A DNA stretch of 64,000 nucleotides from Hormiphora californensis. Its lineage: Eukaryota > Animalia > Ctenophora. Each line of letters opens with the position of its first letter. The stretch's first letter is position 1. Position numbers and translations under genes: made by a program. Below, piece after piece: positions 36,601-63,564 of the stretch. The DNA lies in the NCBI GenBank assembly GCA_020137815.1, contig CM035352.1:3162001-3226000 (forward strand). Direction: 5' to 3'. The notes below the pieces were generated by a model that worked only from the letters and a program-made list of their open reading frames with translations, did no database searches and had not been told where the DNA came from.

Positions 36601-39600
36601 AGAAACGATGGTCAATGAATATTTCAATATTTTGTTTTGATCTCACCCATCCTTCATTATAATACACTACAAATCCTTCATAGGTTGGCTCCACCTGAGT
36701 ACGTCACAGGGTTGCTGGGAGGATTAGGGGGTGCAAGTGGTGTGATAGTTAGCCGCCTCAAAGCCTTCACGGTATCTGCTCCTAGAGAGAGTGCGGATAG
36801 GGTGGTGGAAAAGTGGAATAGGAACCAGTGCTCTACAGGTAATTAATCTTGATGATACATAGGTGTCATGTTTCTGGCCCACCCTGTACATAGGTGTCAT
36901 GTTTAGAAGTTGACAATGTGCTAAACTGGTACCAGACCCCATTTCCACTCACTTCTAGAAGTGAGAAGAAACATCTCAGACAGTGCTTTCAGATCTAATC
37001 AGATCGCATCACCAGAAAGCTGCTTTCTGACTCCCCTTAATTGAATTAATTAATTGAATTAAGTTAATTCTCCTCGCCAGGTGATCTCCTGAAGGCACTA
37101 CCTCACTGTACAAACGTCCTCCCTCTCCTTGAGGAGATCCTGGCCCACCTGACTGGGACACCCTGTACGGTAGAAAGAGAGACAGTACTAACCCAACTAA
37201 TCGATGTGATACTGGGTTGTTTGCGGAGTATTGAGGGAAATAGGAAGAGTTATAATGAAGATGATGTGATGGATGTGTTGGGGAGGGTTGTTGCAGGAGT
37301 GAGAGATGATGTTGTGGATGGTGTTGCGTGTGGTAAGTACTCAATCCTTGTCTATCACTATCAGTATCAATAAGGAAATAGTTGCACTTGCTGCTGTAAA
37401 GAAAAATTGTAGTACAGTCGGAAGACGATTTAGGGCCCCCCGATTTAGTGGCACCCCGATTTAGGGACAGGATTTTTTTCCCCCGATATACGAACATTAA
37501 AATAATTTGAACCCGATTTAGTGGACACCCCGATTTAGTGGACAAGAGCCTTTCCCCCGAGGGTGTCCCTAAATCGGGGTCCGACTGTATTATATTATTG
37601 GTAACGAAATTACCCGTCTACTCTGTAGAGGGGTAACAGAACCGCCTACCCAAATTCCTTAAAATGTATCGCTGACACGTCCAGGCATGGCACTCCACCC
37701 CACAATTACTATACTTTACGTAGGGCGCGATGGCACGCCAGGACATGATATGTCACTAGTCTAAGATTTTGGCCTCCAAATCTGCTGTATTTTGCTAACT
37801 TTGTCGAATTTTCACGGCCAAACTATAACTTAATTTGAATTGATATTAACATAATTGTCCTAGGTATAGCCCATAGCACTATCTCACCGAATATGAAGTT
37901 TCAAAACCGCGATCTTCATTGAAATTTAAATTCAAAAACAGTGTTAATGATGAAATAACATCAAAATTAACATACTACACAATTCTTGAGACAATTTCAT
38001 GGTAGGCGGTAAATGTTAACCAGATCTGTGAGAATTTCGCACGTTTTTGCCCATAACTCAGCCATTTCTTGACCAATTTGCAGAATTTTTGGCTCATTGG
38101 AAAGAGGACATTGAGATTTTTCAAATAGGCTTAAGAAAATGAAAATTGGCGCAAATTGCGCGGCGTGGTGGCGAAAACGCGCATTTTGCGCCATGACGCC
38201 GCGCATTTTGCGCCGATTTTAGTTTTATTGGGCTCATTTGAAAGAGCTCAATGTCTTCTTTCCAACGCGCCCAAGATTTTGCAAATTGGTCAAGAAATGA
38301 CTGAGTTATGGACAAAAACGTGGTTTTGCACGTACGTTTTCTCTCAGATCTGGTTAACATTTACCGCCTACCCAATTTCATGGCCGAAGAAAAAGGATTC
38401 AGCCAAATCTGTTTTATGGTTGAGGCGGTATTAATTTTTGAAAAATATGAAACCGATTCTGTTACCCCTACATAGGGCATTGCGATAGTAAGGCACGTTT
38501 TAGCGTGCCCGCAATGTAGGGGTAATTGCGTTACCAAATTATATTACCAATACCAGTGCAGTGTATATATATAATAATACTACTTTCCAAATTGTCCATT
38601 CAGATGTGATATGGTGCTACGCGAAACAGAAATCTAGCACGAATCCTGAACGGTACTGCTCCCGTTTTTCTCATTTGCTATCCTCACTTCTCGATAGACA
38701 GAGTGAATTTGTGAGACAGAAGACTCTGGTGACTCTGGCGTATCTTGCCCGGGTAAGTGGGAGACACTTGTTCAACAAGTTGTTGGCCTTGGGCTACTCC
38801 ACCCCTTACTCAATAACTTTAGCTGTTGTACACTGTACCCGATATTTCTTCAATTCAGAACGATCATTTTTTCCCCGCCTTCTCCATAAGATACATTTTT
38901 TCACCAGGTTACCCCCTACCCGAGTATCATTCGAGATTTGCCAGTCAGACACAAGACCCTTCTGAAGACATTTCTCTCTCGTCGAGGACACGAAACTTCA
39001 TTGGAGAGTGAAGAGACGAAGATGCGGAAGTTCAGATTATCTAAAGACCAATTTAAACCTGCGTCACACGGTACCAGGTATAGCATTACTCTATAGCTCA
39101 TGGCCGCAGATGTTCTCTCTACAAGTCTATCCTTTTCTCTCTATCTTCCGACTCCCTTCTTTCTCTCTGGTCCGGGTGGCTCCAGTCTCGACAAGTTGCA
39201 TCTGGCCCTAGTTTGGAGTCATCATGTAGGCGTAGTGCATACACAGTCAACTACCCGCCTCACCCATTACTCAACAACTGCAGGAGACATCCTGTGAAAT
39301 CATTTCTAATTTCATCTAACTATAGCATGAGTAATACACGGACACCATCACCATGTGATCCACATCTCGTTTACTCATTTGAAGAAACATTTATGGGAAA
39401 TCAAGTAGAGCTGTCAATAGAGGCCTGAAGGGCGGGTCACACACATTCGCCCGCAATCTGCTGTCAGACACCGGAGTGATGCACAGCCGTTCAAATCTGT
39501 TTATATTCTTGGACGATATTATGCTGATTGCTGACGAACTTTCTATATATCTGCATTCTGCAGGTTGATAGTGCAATCTAGTGTGGATCAGCTAGTAAAG

Positions 39601-39714
39601 TGCTGGGATAGCCTGAGCGTGACACAGAGAGACAAACTACAACTGCAATCTGAAGAAACCTCGTTAGAAAAGGACAGATCTCATTCTGCAGAACTCGATC
39701 AAATGAAGGGATAA
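30674..39714 (+). CDS. FIRRM: Probable FIRRM/C1orf112 (DUF4487, FIGNL1-interacting) homologue, multi-exon; 5' part uncertain
   Basis: Exons include ~30737-30841, 30950-31075, ~32030-32136 (duplicated at ~33480), ~33858-33962, 34900-35070, 35370-35538, ~35799-36012, 36211-36381, 36684-36838, 37081-37332, 38604-38752, ~38928-39077, 39565-39714. SVTLIHYTIIQMSSLCLSISSPQELETLERILFGQIQSDVSPLCALVAGDILVYLAR and LSSLLDRQSEFVRQKTLVTLAYLAR resemble remembered C1orf112 segments (..LLAMDAWCFLAR; ..LFADRSWLLEQHTLEAF). Identity not verified by search. Confidence 0.55.
31640..32015. repeat. 12-bp minisatellite (ttttgttagtgg variants) just upstream of an exon
   Basis: Directly visible. A shorter copy lies at ~33390-33470. 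Confidence 0.9.
32757..33300. repeat. 16-bp minisatellite (ctctgtctccatctca)
   Basis: Begins right after a duplicated acceptor ctacag|gctagcgt. Confidence 0.9.
34069..34866. mobile_element. TIR element with G-run/C-run termini and 8-bp TSD
   Basis: taatgaat|gggggggtgccggcc...ggccggaaccccccc|taatgaat. Carries inverted 10-bp tttttgagga motifs. Confidence 0.8.
37415..37587. mobile_element. pogo/Tigger-type MITE (CAGT..ACTG, TA TSD)
   Basis: ta|cagtcggaagacgatttaggg...ccctaaatcggggtccgactg|ta, with internal ccccgatttag repeats. Confidence 0.75.
37598..38537. mobile_element. MULE-like TIR element (9-bp TSD) with nested insertions
   Basis: attatatta|ttggtaacgaaattaccc...gggtaattgcgttaccaa|attatatta. 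A second inverted pair aggggtaacagaa/ttctgttacccct lies inside. Confidence 0.7.
38001..38372. mobile_element. Palindromic MITE with 9-bp TSD
   Basis: caatttcat|ggtaggcggtaaatgttaaccagatctg...cagatctggttaacatttaccgcctacc|caatttcat. Confidence 0.82.
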
Positions 39715-40474
39715 TGAGGCAGTGAACTGATGTTTTTGATATAGCGTTTTCTGGAAATCGGTCAGGACAGGGACCCTCCAGAGCCGTTTCGTTTTTTAAG
39801 TTATTCCAGATATTTTCCGTAGAGGGAGAGGATTAACAACTGTGTACAAATTAATGACAAACTATTTTTTTGATATAAAAAATATCTTGTGTTTTCTCTA
39901 TTCCATTTCCAAAGTGTGTTCATCTTTACAAAAGCGCTTTGAGAAACACTAACCCGGGTACAATACGTATGAATATAGATCTCTTAAAAGCAGATTATCA
40001 GATTGGTGGAGAAAATGTACGAAAAATATTAATGTACAGAGGTAAAAAAGAATTATTTCAGCCACTGAAGAATCACACACTTTCCCACAAAAACAGTGCG
40101 GGCTGACTTTCCCTGTCAGTTTATTGAGTGACAATTATCTCGAAAAACCCGGTGACAATCTGAATCAGAAGGATCTGGGAAGCCGCCGCCGCAGCAGATC
40201 TCACTGGCTCTGTTGGTGCGGCGCGCTACCATTTCGCGCGCACAAAGTCCAGCCCTACCTTGACTGTGCCGGGGAGGGCCGCGTGTTACATACAGTTAAT
40301 AAATAGAGTCCTAGCGGTCACGCCCAATTCTTCTTCTCTCGGCTCACACACACAAACATAGCCGTCTCAACACACTGGGAGGCGCCCGGGCGGCGGGAGA
40401 AAGAGAGAGACAGATCTGAAGTCCATGAAGTGTTTTTGAATCGCACAGATGCGGGTAATTATAGTTGGGTGGTT

Positions 40475-54393
<13,919 letters not shown>

Positions 54394-55917
54394 GGCGAAG
54401 CAGCATTCTGAAAAAAAGCGAGGTTAGAGGCGGGAAGTTTCAGCTGTTGTTTCACGCCCCTCCTATTATATATTGGGGGCATGAAACTCACAAGATCTCT
54501 TTGAATCAAATACAGACAATATAATGAAAAGAAGGACATGTATGGGAGATAGAGGTGCTCACGATATACACAAGTTGGTTGTGTCTCGGGAATCCCCCCG
54601 ATATATACGATGTATGTGCCATCTTTAACAGATATTTCAACCTGTTATTTATGCTCTGACAAGTGCCATGGAATCATGAAGAGATTGAGAAAGGAGGGAG
54701 AGAGAGAGAGAGATGGTGCAGCCAAATCATTGGGAGAGAGGGAGACTCACTAAAACCAAGATGAACCATTATTTATTGATCTGGATATATATCACATGTA
54801 TAAAAACACAAACTGAAGGGAAGGAGAGGTTGTTCACTTACTGAGTATGTACACAGAGCTCTGAGGCATACTCTCTTTCTCCCGGTAAAGAGAGAGAGAG
54901 AGAAGATGGAGAGAGAGATAGAGAGAGGAGACAAAGACACCTACTACTACAACAGAGCCCAGATGAACAACTTGAAGGAGTGAGGAAATATAGAGCGGGT
55001 TTGTGTGTAGAGGGGGGGTTGTCAGCACTATATCATGTGCAGTGTTATATCTCTCGGCCAATCGGATTCGCTTGGCTCGTGCCATGTGTCATTAGGCCAA
55101 CATATCTCGTGATTCGGAGGGGATAGAGAGAGGTGGATAGAGAGAAGAGGGGAGAGAGATGAAGATAGAGAGAGGATGATAGAGGACTGGAGAAGATATT
55201 GAGAAGGGTAGAGATAGTAATTCATTTCTCTTACCTATATCCCTCATGCCCAAAAATTAGCAACAGAAACTATTAAATGTACGGAAGCAAGAAGTGAATA
55301 CCACGTAACTATAACAGGAACGTGACGATTTCTCCAGCTGCCGCGATGATTGTTAAAGATTGTTGCAGAGAAAACAGCAGTCATAATTCATCAACAATTT
55401 AGTGTCTATTTAGTGGCTAGCGGACATTTAAAAATTCCCATAACCCCGTGATTGTTGAGAATGTTAAAAACTGATCTCAATGCGTGATCGACCCCACCCA
55501 GATCTGTTATTGTGTTGTGAGTGACAGCAAGGGATCGTGTTCTCTACCATATGTCTGTATCGTCTCTATGACATGTCTCATAAAACTCATCTGGATATAG
55601 TGCGGTATGATTAATGAAGAGAATGATTAATATGAAGTTTCACGCGCTTAGTTTTGATATCGTGAATGAGAGAGAGAGAGAGTAGAGAGAGGAGAGATGT
55701 AGAGAAGGAGGAGAGTAGAAGTTGAGAGAGAGAGGGAGAGAGGAGGAGAGGAAGAGAGAGTAATGAGATAGAGTCTATGAGAGGGAGAGAGGTAGAGAGA
55801 GGAGCGGAGTAGAGAGAGGAGAGGAGAGAGAGGAGAGAGAGGAGTAGTAGATAGAGTAGATGAGGTAGAGAGCGAGAGAGAGAGAGATTGAGGATGATGA
55901 GAGTTAGAGTAGAGAGG

Positions 55918-55948
<31 letters not shown>

Positions 55949-55992
55949 AGTAAGAGATCGAGGTGAAGAAGAGAGAGATAGGAGAGAGAGAG

Positions 55993-56031
<39 letters not shown>

Positions 56032-58486
56032 AGAAGGAAGAGAGACGAACTAGTATAGAGAGATAGATGAGAGAGTAGAAGAGAGAGGAATATCAAGAGA
56101 CGTATGGACGAGAGAGATCATAGGATATGAGAGATAGAGAGAGAGAGGAGAGTAGATAGAGAGAGAGAGAGTAGAGTAAGTGAGTAGGAGATAGAGATAT
56201 GAGATAGTATAGAGATAGATGTTATTATAGATGTATGATAGATTAGAGCATGATAGTAGATAATTGAAATCATGAGTATAGTAGTTAGATGATAATAGTG
56301 GATTCTTATAGTACGAGAGGAGTAAATGATAGTAGAGAGTAGAGTTAGTAGAAGAGGTCGAGAGAGAGAAGAGTATACGATAGGAGAGAGTGAGAGAGAG
56401 AAAGTAGTAGAGAGCGAGAGTATAGAGAGAGAGAGAGAGAGCGATTAGAGAGAGAGATAGCGAGAGAGAGAGAGTAGGGGAGAGAGAGAGAGAGAGAGAG
56501 AGAAGAGTAGATAGATAGTAGAGTAGGAGAGAGAGAGAGAGTAGGTAGAGATAGAGCGATAGACGATAGAGAGTAGATGGAGGGAAATAGAGGGGAGTAA
56601 CTTGGTGGATTATGATATGATGAAAGCTAGACTGAGAGGGGGATCTATGAAATATGATGACAGTTCGCGTAGCATTCATCGACCATATTCTACAGACAAG
56701 TCAGAGAGTAGAAGGAGATTAGTGAGGCTCAGGGCTAGTTTGGGTCAAAGATGTAGGGTGTGTTGGTCTCTCTCTCCCCAGATCATTCTCTTCTCTCTCT
56801 CTTTCTTTCTTTCTCTCTCTATATGTTGTCTAGCCCGGAGTAAGCGACAGGCCTAGGTAAACAGTGTGTGGGTGTATGATTGGGTAAACTTGTGTATATC
56901 GGGTATCATACAGAAGTAAGTGAGGGAAAATCTCATTTTCTCAGAAAACCGGAGAGGGCCGAGGGGGGTGTGACTTGGTAAAGAGAGGTAATGAGAGCGG
57001 TGGTGGAGAGAAATTTACCGTTTTTGGAGGAAGGACGACAGAAGAATTATATCTCTTCCAGAAGGAGGGTAGAAAGTGGGAGGAGAGAAAGATGGTAATA
57101 CATGGGAAGATTTCGGTTCGACCAGAGAGAGATAGAAATGTTTGGAGAGTAGGGGGATAAAGAGAGGGGGTAATTAGTGAACCATTTGTCCTCATGCATA
57201 CACACACAACTCCAGGCCTCTCGCATGATAGGGTTCCTACCTTTTTGTGTAAACATTGACCAACAGTGCACAGAGAGGGGAAAAAAAGAAAATTGCAAGC
57301 AGAGAAATTTTAACTGATAAGAATGGTTGTATTTCCTGTGTGAAAATTTGAAACACACATCCCTAGGCCTCTCCCAAAAGATTGCATTATCCACCCACAC
57401 CCTTCAGGGTGACACCCGCCTGATAAGACAAAGAGGAGGGAGAAAAAAAGAAACAAGAGAGGGAAATAGAAAACTTACGTTTTACTCAGCGATACTCGAT
57501 ATGTTGGATGCCTAGAGGGGAAACAAAATAGAGGGTGAGATAAAGTATTGTTAAAACCATTAATTCGGAGAAATTGGCATTACAGTGGAAAGGTGTGCCC
57601 AACAGATGATAAAGGTTGCATTTAATTCAACCACGCGACTAGTAACAGTTTTGTTACCGGACTCCAGGCTATCCCATTCAATAAAACACCAGATGAATAG
57701 TTATTAAATCTTCGTTGTGTGCATTGGCTAAATTAACAAATACGCTCCTTTTTGACGGCAAATAGGATAATCGCCCTAATCGTCATGAAAAAAGGTTCTC
57801 GATTAGTAAGTTACGTTAATTAGTAATACTAGTAATTTCATACTATATAACTTGTGAAATGAATACCAGAGAGAAACTGGTGATCTCTAGCTCGCGGACT
57901 CTGTGTGGCAATTTATCAAAACTAAATCGCTACAAAATATTTCATATATTTTAGCCAGATTACCATAAAACGCTACCTGGATTAATTAGCAAGTATACGG
58001 ACCCCCTACGCACGGTAAGACGGCTTGGATTCGTGGAAGAAAGCGTTTCCGTTTTCAAAAACACGGAGCGAGCGTTTCTTAAGATTTTAGAAATTTCAGA
58101 ATGAAAAGACGCCGCGCTTAAGAATTTGTAAAGCTGCGTTGCAAACGTTAAAACAGAGCGTGCTCCAAATCTGGCGGAGGCGCGCGTTCAAACTCACGCA
58201 GTTGATTACTCCGCAAGCAACCTCAAACGACCACCAGATGCTGGTCTCTAATTGGTGGGAATTTGGTCACGTGACCTGGCAGTTGCGTCAACGTTCTAAA
58301 GCATCCAGAGGCATCAGTTTGTTTTAGTTGAGATCTCAACCTTTTATGAGCGGTGCACCGAGTGAGAAAGTACATTTACAGCCGGCTATCATTCACAACT
58401 CACAAAACAAATTTATTATTGGGTCCAAATTTAATCACAAATGTATACACACACTTAATTCAAGCTTTGCTGAATTCAGTAAAGGT

Positions 58487-59121
58487 ATGGACAGTCGCGA
58501 AGAAACGTCACTGGAGCCATCCGATTCTGGTGAGTCGTAGCGACTTTCTATTAACTTTAGCTTTATTTTAATTTAACTTTTGGGAATGGGTGGTGGGAAG
58601 GGTTTGGGCGTTCTAATTTGTTTTAACATTGTTTTACTTTTTGCTGCTTTTCATCGATTGCAGCTTATTACTAACGTAGACACCTCTCTCTGTCTACACC
58701 CTGTGTTCCCATGTGTTGTATTGCATGGGAGAAAGCAATCTATCAGTGTTTCGAAAAACCCATCTTGTGTTTTCTGTTAACTGGGAAATGCATGGTCTGA
58801 TGGTTGTATATCTGCCCGTCCCCCTGTCAGGCCAATGCTCTGACAGCCAACCCCTTGCCCCTGTATGTCTTATAGGTGTGCCCCATAATCCTTCCTGTGA
58901 TGTTCTGTGCGCCTAATAACTAACCCTTACCCTTTAACGAACCAATAAATGCAGTAATGAAGCCCCCACGGAGTGTATACATTTTGTAGAAATTGTATTC
59001 TGCCTTGTATACTGCGGCAGCAAAGGGAGACATGTCAGAACGGCCTGTGCGCGCAATTATTCCATATTGGGAGAGCACGTGACACCGTGCGCGTCACGTG
59101 ACCATACTTGGATCACGTGAT

Positions 59122-59163
<42 letters not shown>

Positions 59164-59686
59164 AGGGATGCACAGAGAGAGAAAGAGAGAGGAAGTGAGA
59201 GCGAGAGAGATAGAGAAAAAGCTAGGGATGCACACATAGAGCGCGGTTGTGAGTTGGGATAGCAGGCTGGAATTATTAATTTGAGGACACCGTCTCTATC
59301 GCAATGAAATACGCATAAACACAATACAAGAATAATAAATATACAATTAACTCTCCATAAATTTCCTCTCAGTCTGAGTCCAAATCCTTGAGTCCAAAAT
59401 CCAAATCTTCCTTTCTGAAACGAGAGAGAGAGAATTTGTCATGTGATAGTAGTTGTGTAAGAGACTGAGATGAGGTCTTGACCACGTGAGAGTGTATCAC
59501 GTGTTACAGAAAACCCTCTAATATCCTTCCTGGAGCACACGAGGGAGAGAGGGGGGATAGTGAGAGGGAGAGAGAGAGAGAAAGAGAGATAGGGAGAGTA
59601 TGAGTGAGAGAGATGCCAGGGGGATAGTGAGAGAGGGATAGTATGGGTGAGAGTAAGAGATTAAATGATAGTGAGAGAGAAAGGGA

Positions 59687-59726
<40 letters not shown>

Positions 59727-60148
59727 GAGCCCAAATAGAGAGAAATAGATGTAGATAGAGAGAGAGGGGAATAGAAATATATCTAGTTCAAAAAATAAGA
59801 GAAAGATCAATTGGAACACAAAGACGAATATGAATTGAACAATATAAAAGAGAGAAGATCGTCAAGGATCGTAGAAAAAAGTAAGAGATGGAGAAAGAGA
59901 GACGCGAGAGAGAGAGAGAGTAAGACGTTAGACGGGTGAAACAAAATCCATGCAAGAAACAGAGTGTGCTATTAGATATATCTGAGATACAGAGAGACAA
60001 ACGGTTAGATGTAATAGTAAAGATTATTAGCGAGTAGTAGATAGGAGGCTGGAGGTGTCATGCAGCAGGCCAGGGGAAGTATTGCTATTAGACAAGAGAG
60101 GGAGAGAGAGAAAGACGGAGAGAGAGTGATCAGTAAGAGAGATCAAGT

Positions 60149-60192
<44 letters not shown>

Positions 60193-63100
60193 CAGAGAGT
60201 TCAAGCAGGAGAGAACTAGAAAGAGAGAGGGACAGAGAGAGAGAGGGGGGATCAATCTTCTTATCACTGCGACTAAGATCGCTTGTCACGTGCAATGTAA
60301 GATGGCCTGGCGAGAGAGAGATGTGATGTGTAAGCTAAGGAAAAGACACATCATATCCCTGGTAACAAAGGTGAGGCCATGCTGCTGCACTAAAATTGGG
60401 CTATCACTCTGCTGCAGTAACCAAGGATGGGGTATTACCATAGCAACCCCCTCCCCGGTGGTAACCATTTCTGAGAAATTTCCATTCTCGTTGGCGGTTG
60501 GGATACTGAATGGTAGTGAAGTGAACGAAAATAGCTCTCTTATCGTGCATACAGATGCAAGTGATAATGCATGCTTCCTGAGTGAGACCAGCAGAATTAA
60601 GAATCTTAATTGGAAAATGTGCACTCGATCAGTACAAGAGTCAGTATTGCCTTGCTCGACCCCGTTTCACCGCGCCCCACACGTAAGAACATAAACATGT
60701 AAAAAACAAGGTCGGTAAGATCGTTACTTAAACTAGAAAGAGCACGGGTATTTTTTGGTAATATATTGTATGTATCTCTCTTTTTCTCTCTGTCTTTCTC
60801 TCTCTCTCTCTCTGTCTCGCTCCATCTCTCTTTTTTTCTCTCTCCTTCCCTAAATTTCCAAAAGAACAGAGGTTCACTGTAATTCCCCGAGTATACTCTG
60901 CATCTGTTATAAACGTGTCATTGTGTCTCTCATTGTCTCTCTCTCATGATTCGCTCCAAGTGAAACAAAGAAAAGGAAAACAACAGAGAGGGCAAAATAT
61001 AGAGAGAGGGTAACAGAGTTGGAGAGATAGAGAGGGTAACAGAGCTATAGAGAGGGCAAAAGAGATAGAGAGAGTCAGAGGGCAACATAGAGAGGGCAAC
61101 ATAGAGAGAGAGAGAGATAAAGAGAGTCAGAGGGCAACATAGAGAAAGAGGACAACATAGAGAGGGTAAAGAGATAGAGAGGGTAAAGAGAGAACTACAG
61201 AGAGAAGATGCTAACAAAGTTAGGTGTGAAAGGTGTTTGTGCCCACACATGTGGCGTCTCACACCAGGCCAACATTAGATGTAGGGCCACACATTATATG
61301 TGAAGGGACAGGGTAGCTCACTCTGCAAGGGATAGGCAGAGAAAGGGTAGTGCGGGCTGCTGAGACAAATGAAAACATACCAAAAAGGCGGGTCAAGTAT
61401 TCGTCTGTTTTGATGAACTTCGTTTGAGTGTGGCCTTGTAATAACAGGGCAGTTTGGGGAATAAGGAAGAAACATGAAGACTTGTGTGACTCATACCGTA
61501 TAATATGTTTTCTGTGAGGGTTCTGTAAATCAAAGGAAGACCCCCAAATATATGTAATGTAATCTAAGTGTATTCTCTCCCCCTTTCAGAGCTCTCTACT
61601 GCGTTTGCGGAGCGGGGTCCAAACATTGTGAAGGCTCTGGTGTACAAGCGTGGCGAGAAGCGGCGTCCCGAATACCTCTTGGTCCACGGACCCTACTCTC
61701 CCCCATTGAGGTAGTAATAGAAGATTCTAGTAGATCTCGTTATGCAATGTGATCTTCCTCTTTCTTCTATCTCTATCTCTCCTTCTCCCCCTGTCTCTCT
61801 CTGACCGGGAGTACCTCTCCAGGAGGTTTCTGCGCCTGCTAACCGCCCTGGTATCGGGGGAGGAAGGCGAGGAGAGATATGACAAAGTTGTCACCACAAT
61901 GACCTGCCTCGTTAACAAGATGGAGAGGAATGAGGTGATACAAATATTTAACATTTGTAATGATCCAACCCAGCTGAAATCTCTGTTCTTGTCCATACCA
62001 ACTGATATAGACTGGGACGAGGGTTATCCGGAGGCGTTTGCCCTTATCTCCGCTGAAATGGCTGACAAGTGTAAGCAGTGTCTAGAGTATTGGAACTCCC
62101 ACCATCATTCTAGTCCAATGTTCTGGGACATGCCGAGTGGGGTGATGCCCCAGATTGATGATAACCAGATGAATGATGCTATCCCCCTGGCATGCCAGAT
62201 CGTACTAGATCAGGCAGGGTTTAGAGTCCGTCCACACCCGATAATAAAACCCGTGACGTATATGAACGAGGACACGAATACCCGGACTACCGTCTGTCTC
62301 TGCCAGGTGAGTCTCGGAACAGTTGGGGGAGGGGGACCATGTTAGGTGAGTCTCGGAACAATTGGGGGAGGGGGACCATGTTAGGTGAGTCTCGTAACAA
62401 TTGGGGGAGGGGGACCATGTTAGGTGAGTCTCGGAACAATTGGGGGGGGGGGGGGGACCATGCCAGGTACTAGTTGTATTAAAGAACAATCGGGATGGGA
62501 CCAGCTGTTAGTTTCATAGGGAGGGGGATGGGTTCACACAAGACTCCTTTCTGCTAGGGAAGGGGGCCTGTGTGTTCGTGGCTTTGTTTGTTCGTGTGGG
62601 TGTTTAGGTATTGCATAAAATATATGGGAGATAATCAGGACAGATCACTACTCCAACTAACACCTCAGAGAGGAGAGAGGAGAAAGAAGGGAGTTTCTCC
62701 TCACTCTCTCTATCTCCTTTTCTTTCTCTCTGTTCCTCTCTTTCTCTCTGAACCCTAGCGGCTCAAATCGAAACCGGCTTATTTTTGAGGACTGGGGAAC
62801 CTAATTTTCTCTTACTGCATCTTGAGAGGGGACAGTTATAGGTCGAATTAGGGCACGAAACAATACACAAGCACCCTGAGACCTGATACCACATCACACC
62901 CTGAGACCACACTAACACTCATTTACCCCCTCAGATTATGGGAGAGGATAAGACTTTTGACAGCAAAGCGGCTGCCAGTTCACGGATGTTCTTCCCCCTA
63001 AACGGTGCGATGCAGCACCTCCGAGACCCCTACCACCCAGAAACGCCCAATCACCTGCGGTATTTCCACAAGCAATTGTACGACCTCGACCAGGCACTTA

Positions 63101-63369
63101 TAGACAAGCGACAGGCAGCTCGCCGGACTAGCGAAGACAGTTTTATCTGTTCTCCCTCTCCTCTCTCGGAGGACGGGAGAAAGAGACGGATATCGTCGAG
63201 CAGCGAAACAAGCGATGGTCGTAGCCCCAAAAGCCCGTGTACCAAATCACCCTTGTTCAGAAGGACACTAGCGAACATACGGCCACCACCGACCTTTGCA
63301 GGGGGTGTCAAACCTATAATCGAGATGCCATCACTCTCTAAGGACCCTCGATTAAAGTCACGAGAATGA
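58487..63369 (+). CDS. 360-aa protein, 4 exons; putative Nudix-fold protein with degenerate Nudix box and Ser/Pro/Arg-rich tail
   Basis: Exons 58487-58529, 61590-61710, 61823-62306, 62935-63369 join in phases 1,2,0 to 1083 nt with no frameshift. Motif order EYLLVHGPYS - LVNKMERNE - FWDMPSG - LACQIVLDQAGF - IIKPVTY - FFPLNGAMQHLRDPY. The gene model is well supported; the Nudix call is inference. Confidence 0.62.
62307..62466. repeat. Four tandem ~39-bp GT..AG units starting at the exon-3 donor
   Basis: Unit gtgagtctcggaacaattgggggagggggaccatgttag. Confidence 0.92.
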
Positions 63370-63475
63370 GAGGTGTGTTTGTTAGCGATTTTCTCAGGGG
63401 TGTTTGGTAGATTTTCGGGAGAATTTAGGTGTGTAGTATGTGATTGTTAGGATAGTGAGAGAGCAGTGTGTATCA

Positions 63476-63564
<89 letters not shown>

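Noticed and set aside
55660-56600. 161- and 209-aa Leu/Ser/Tyr-rich ORFs
   Set aside because: Degraded AG-rich, probably low-quality sequence with no domain features.
60286-60694. Overlapping 112/134-aa ORFs within the first intron of the last gene
   Set aside because: No recognisable motif or convincing splice context; cannot be supported as coding.
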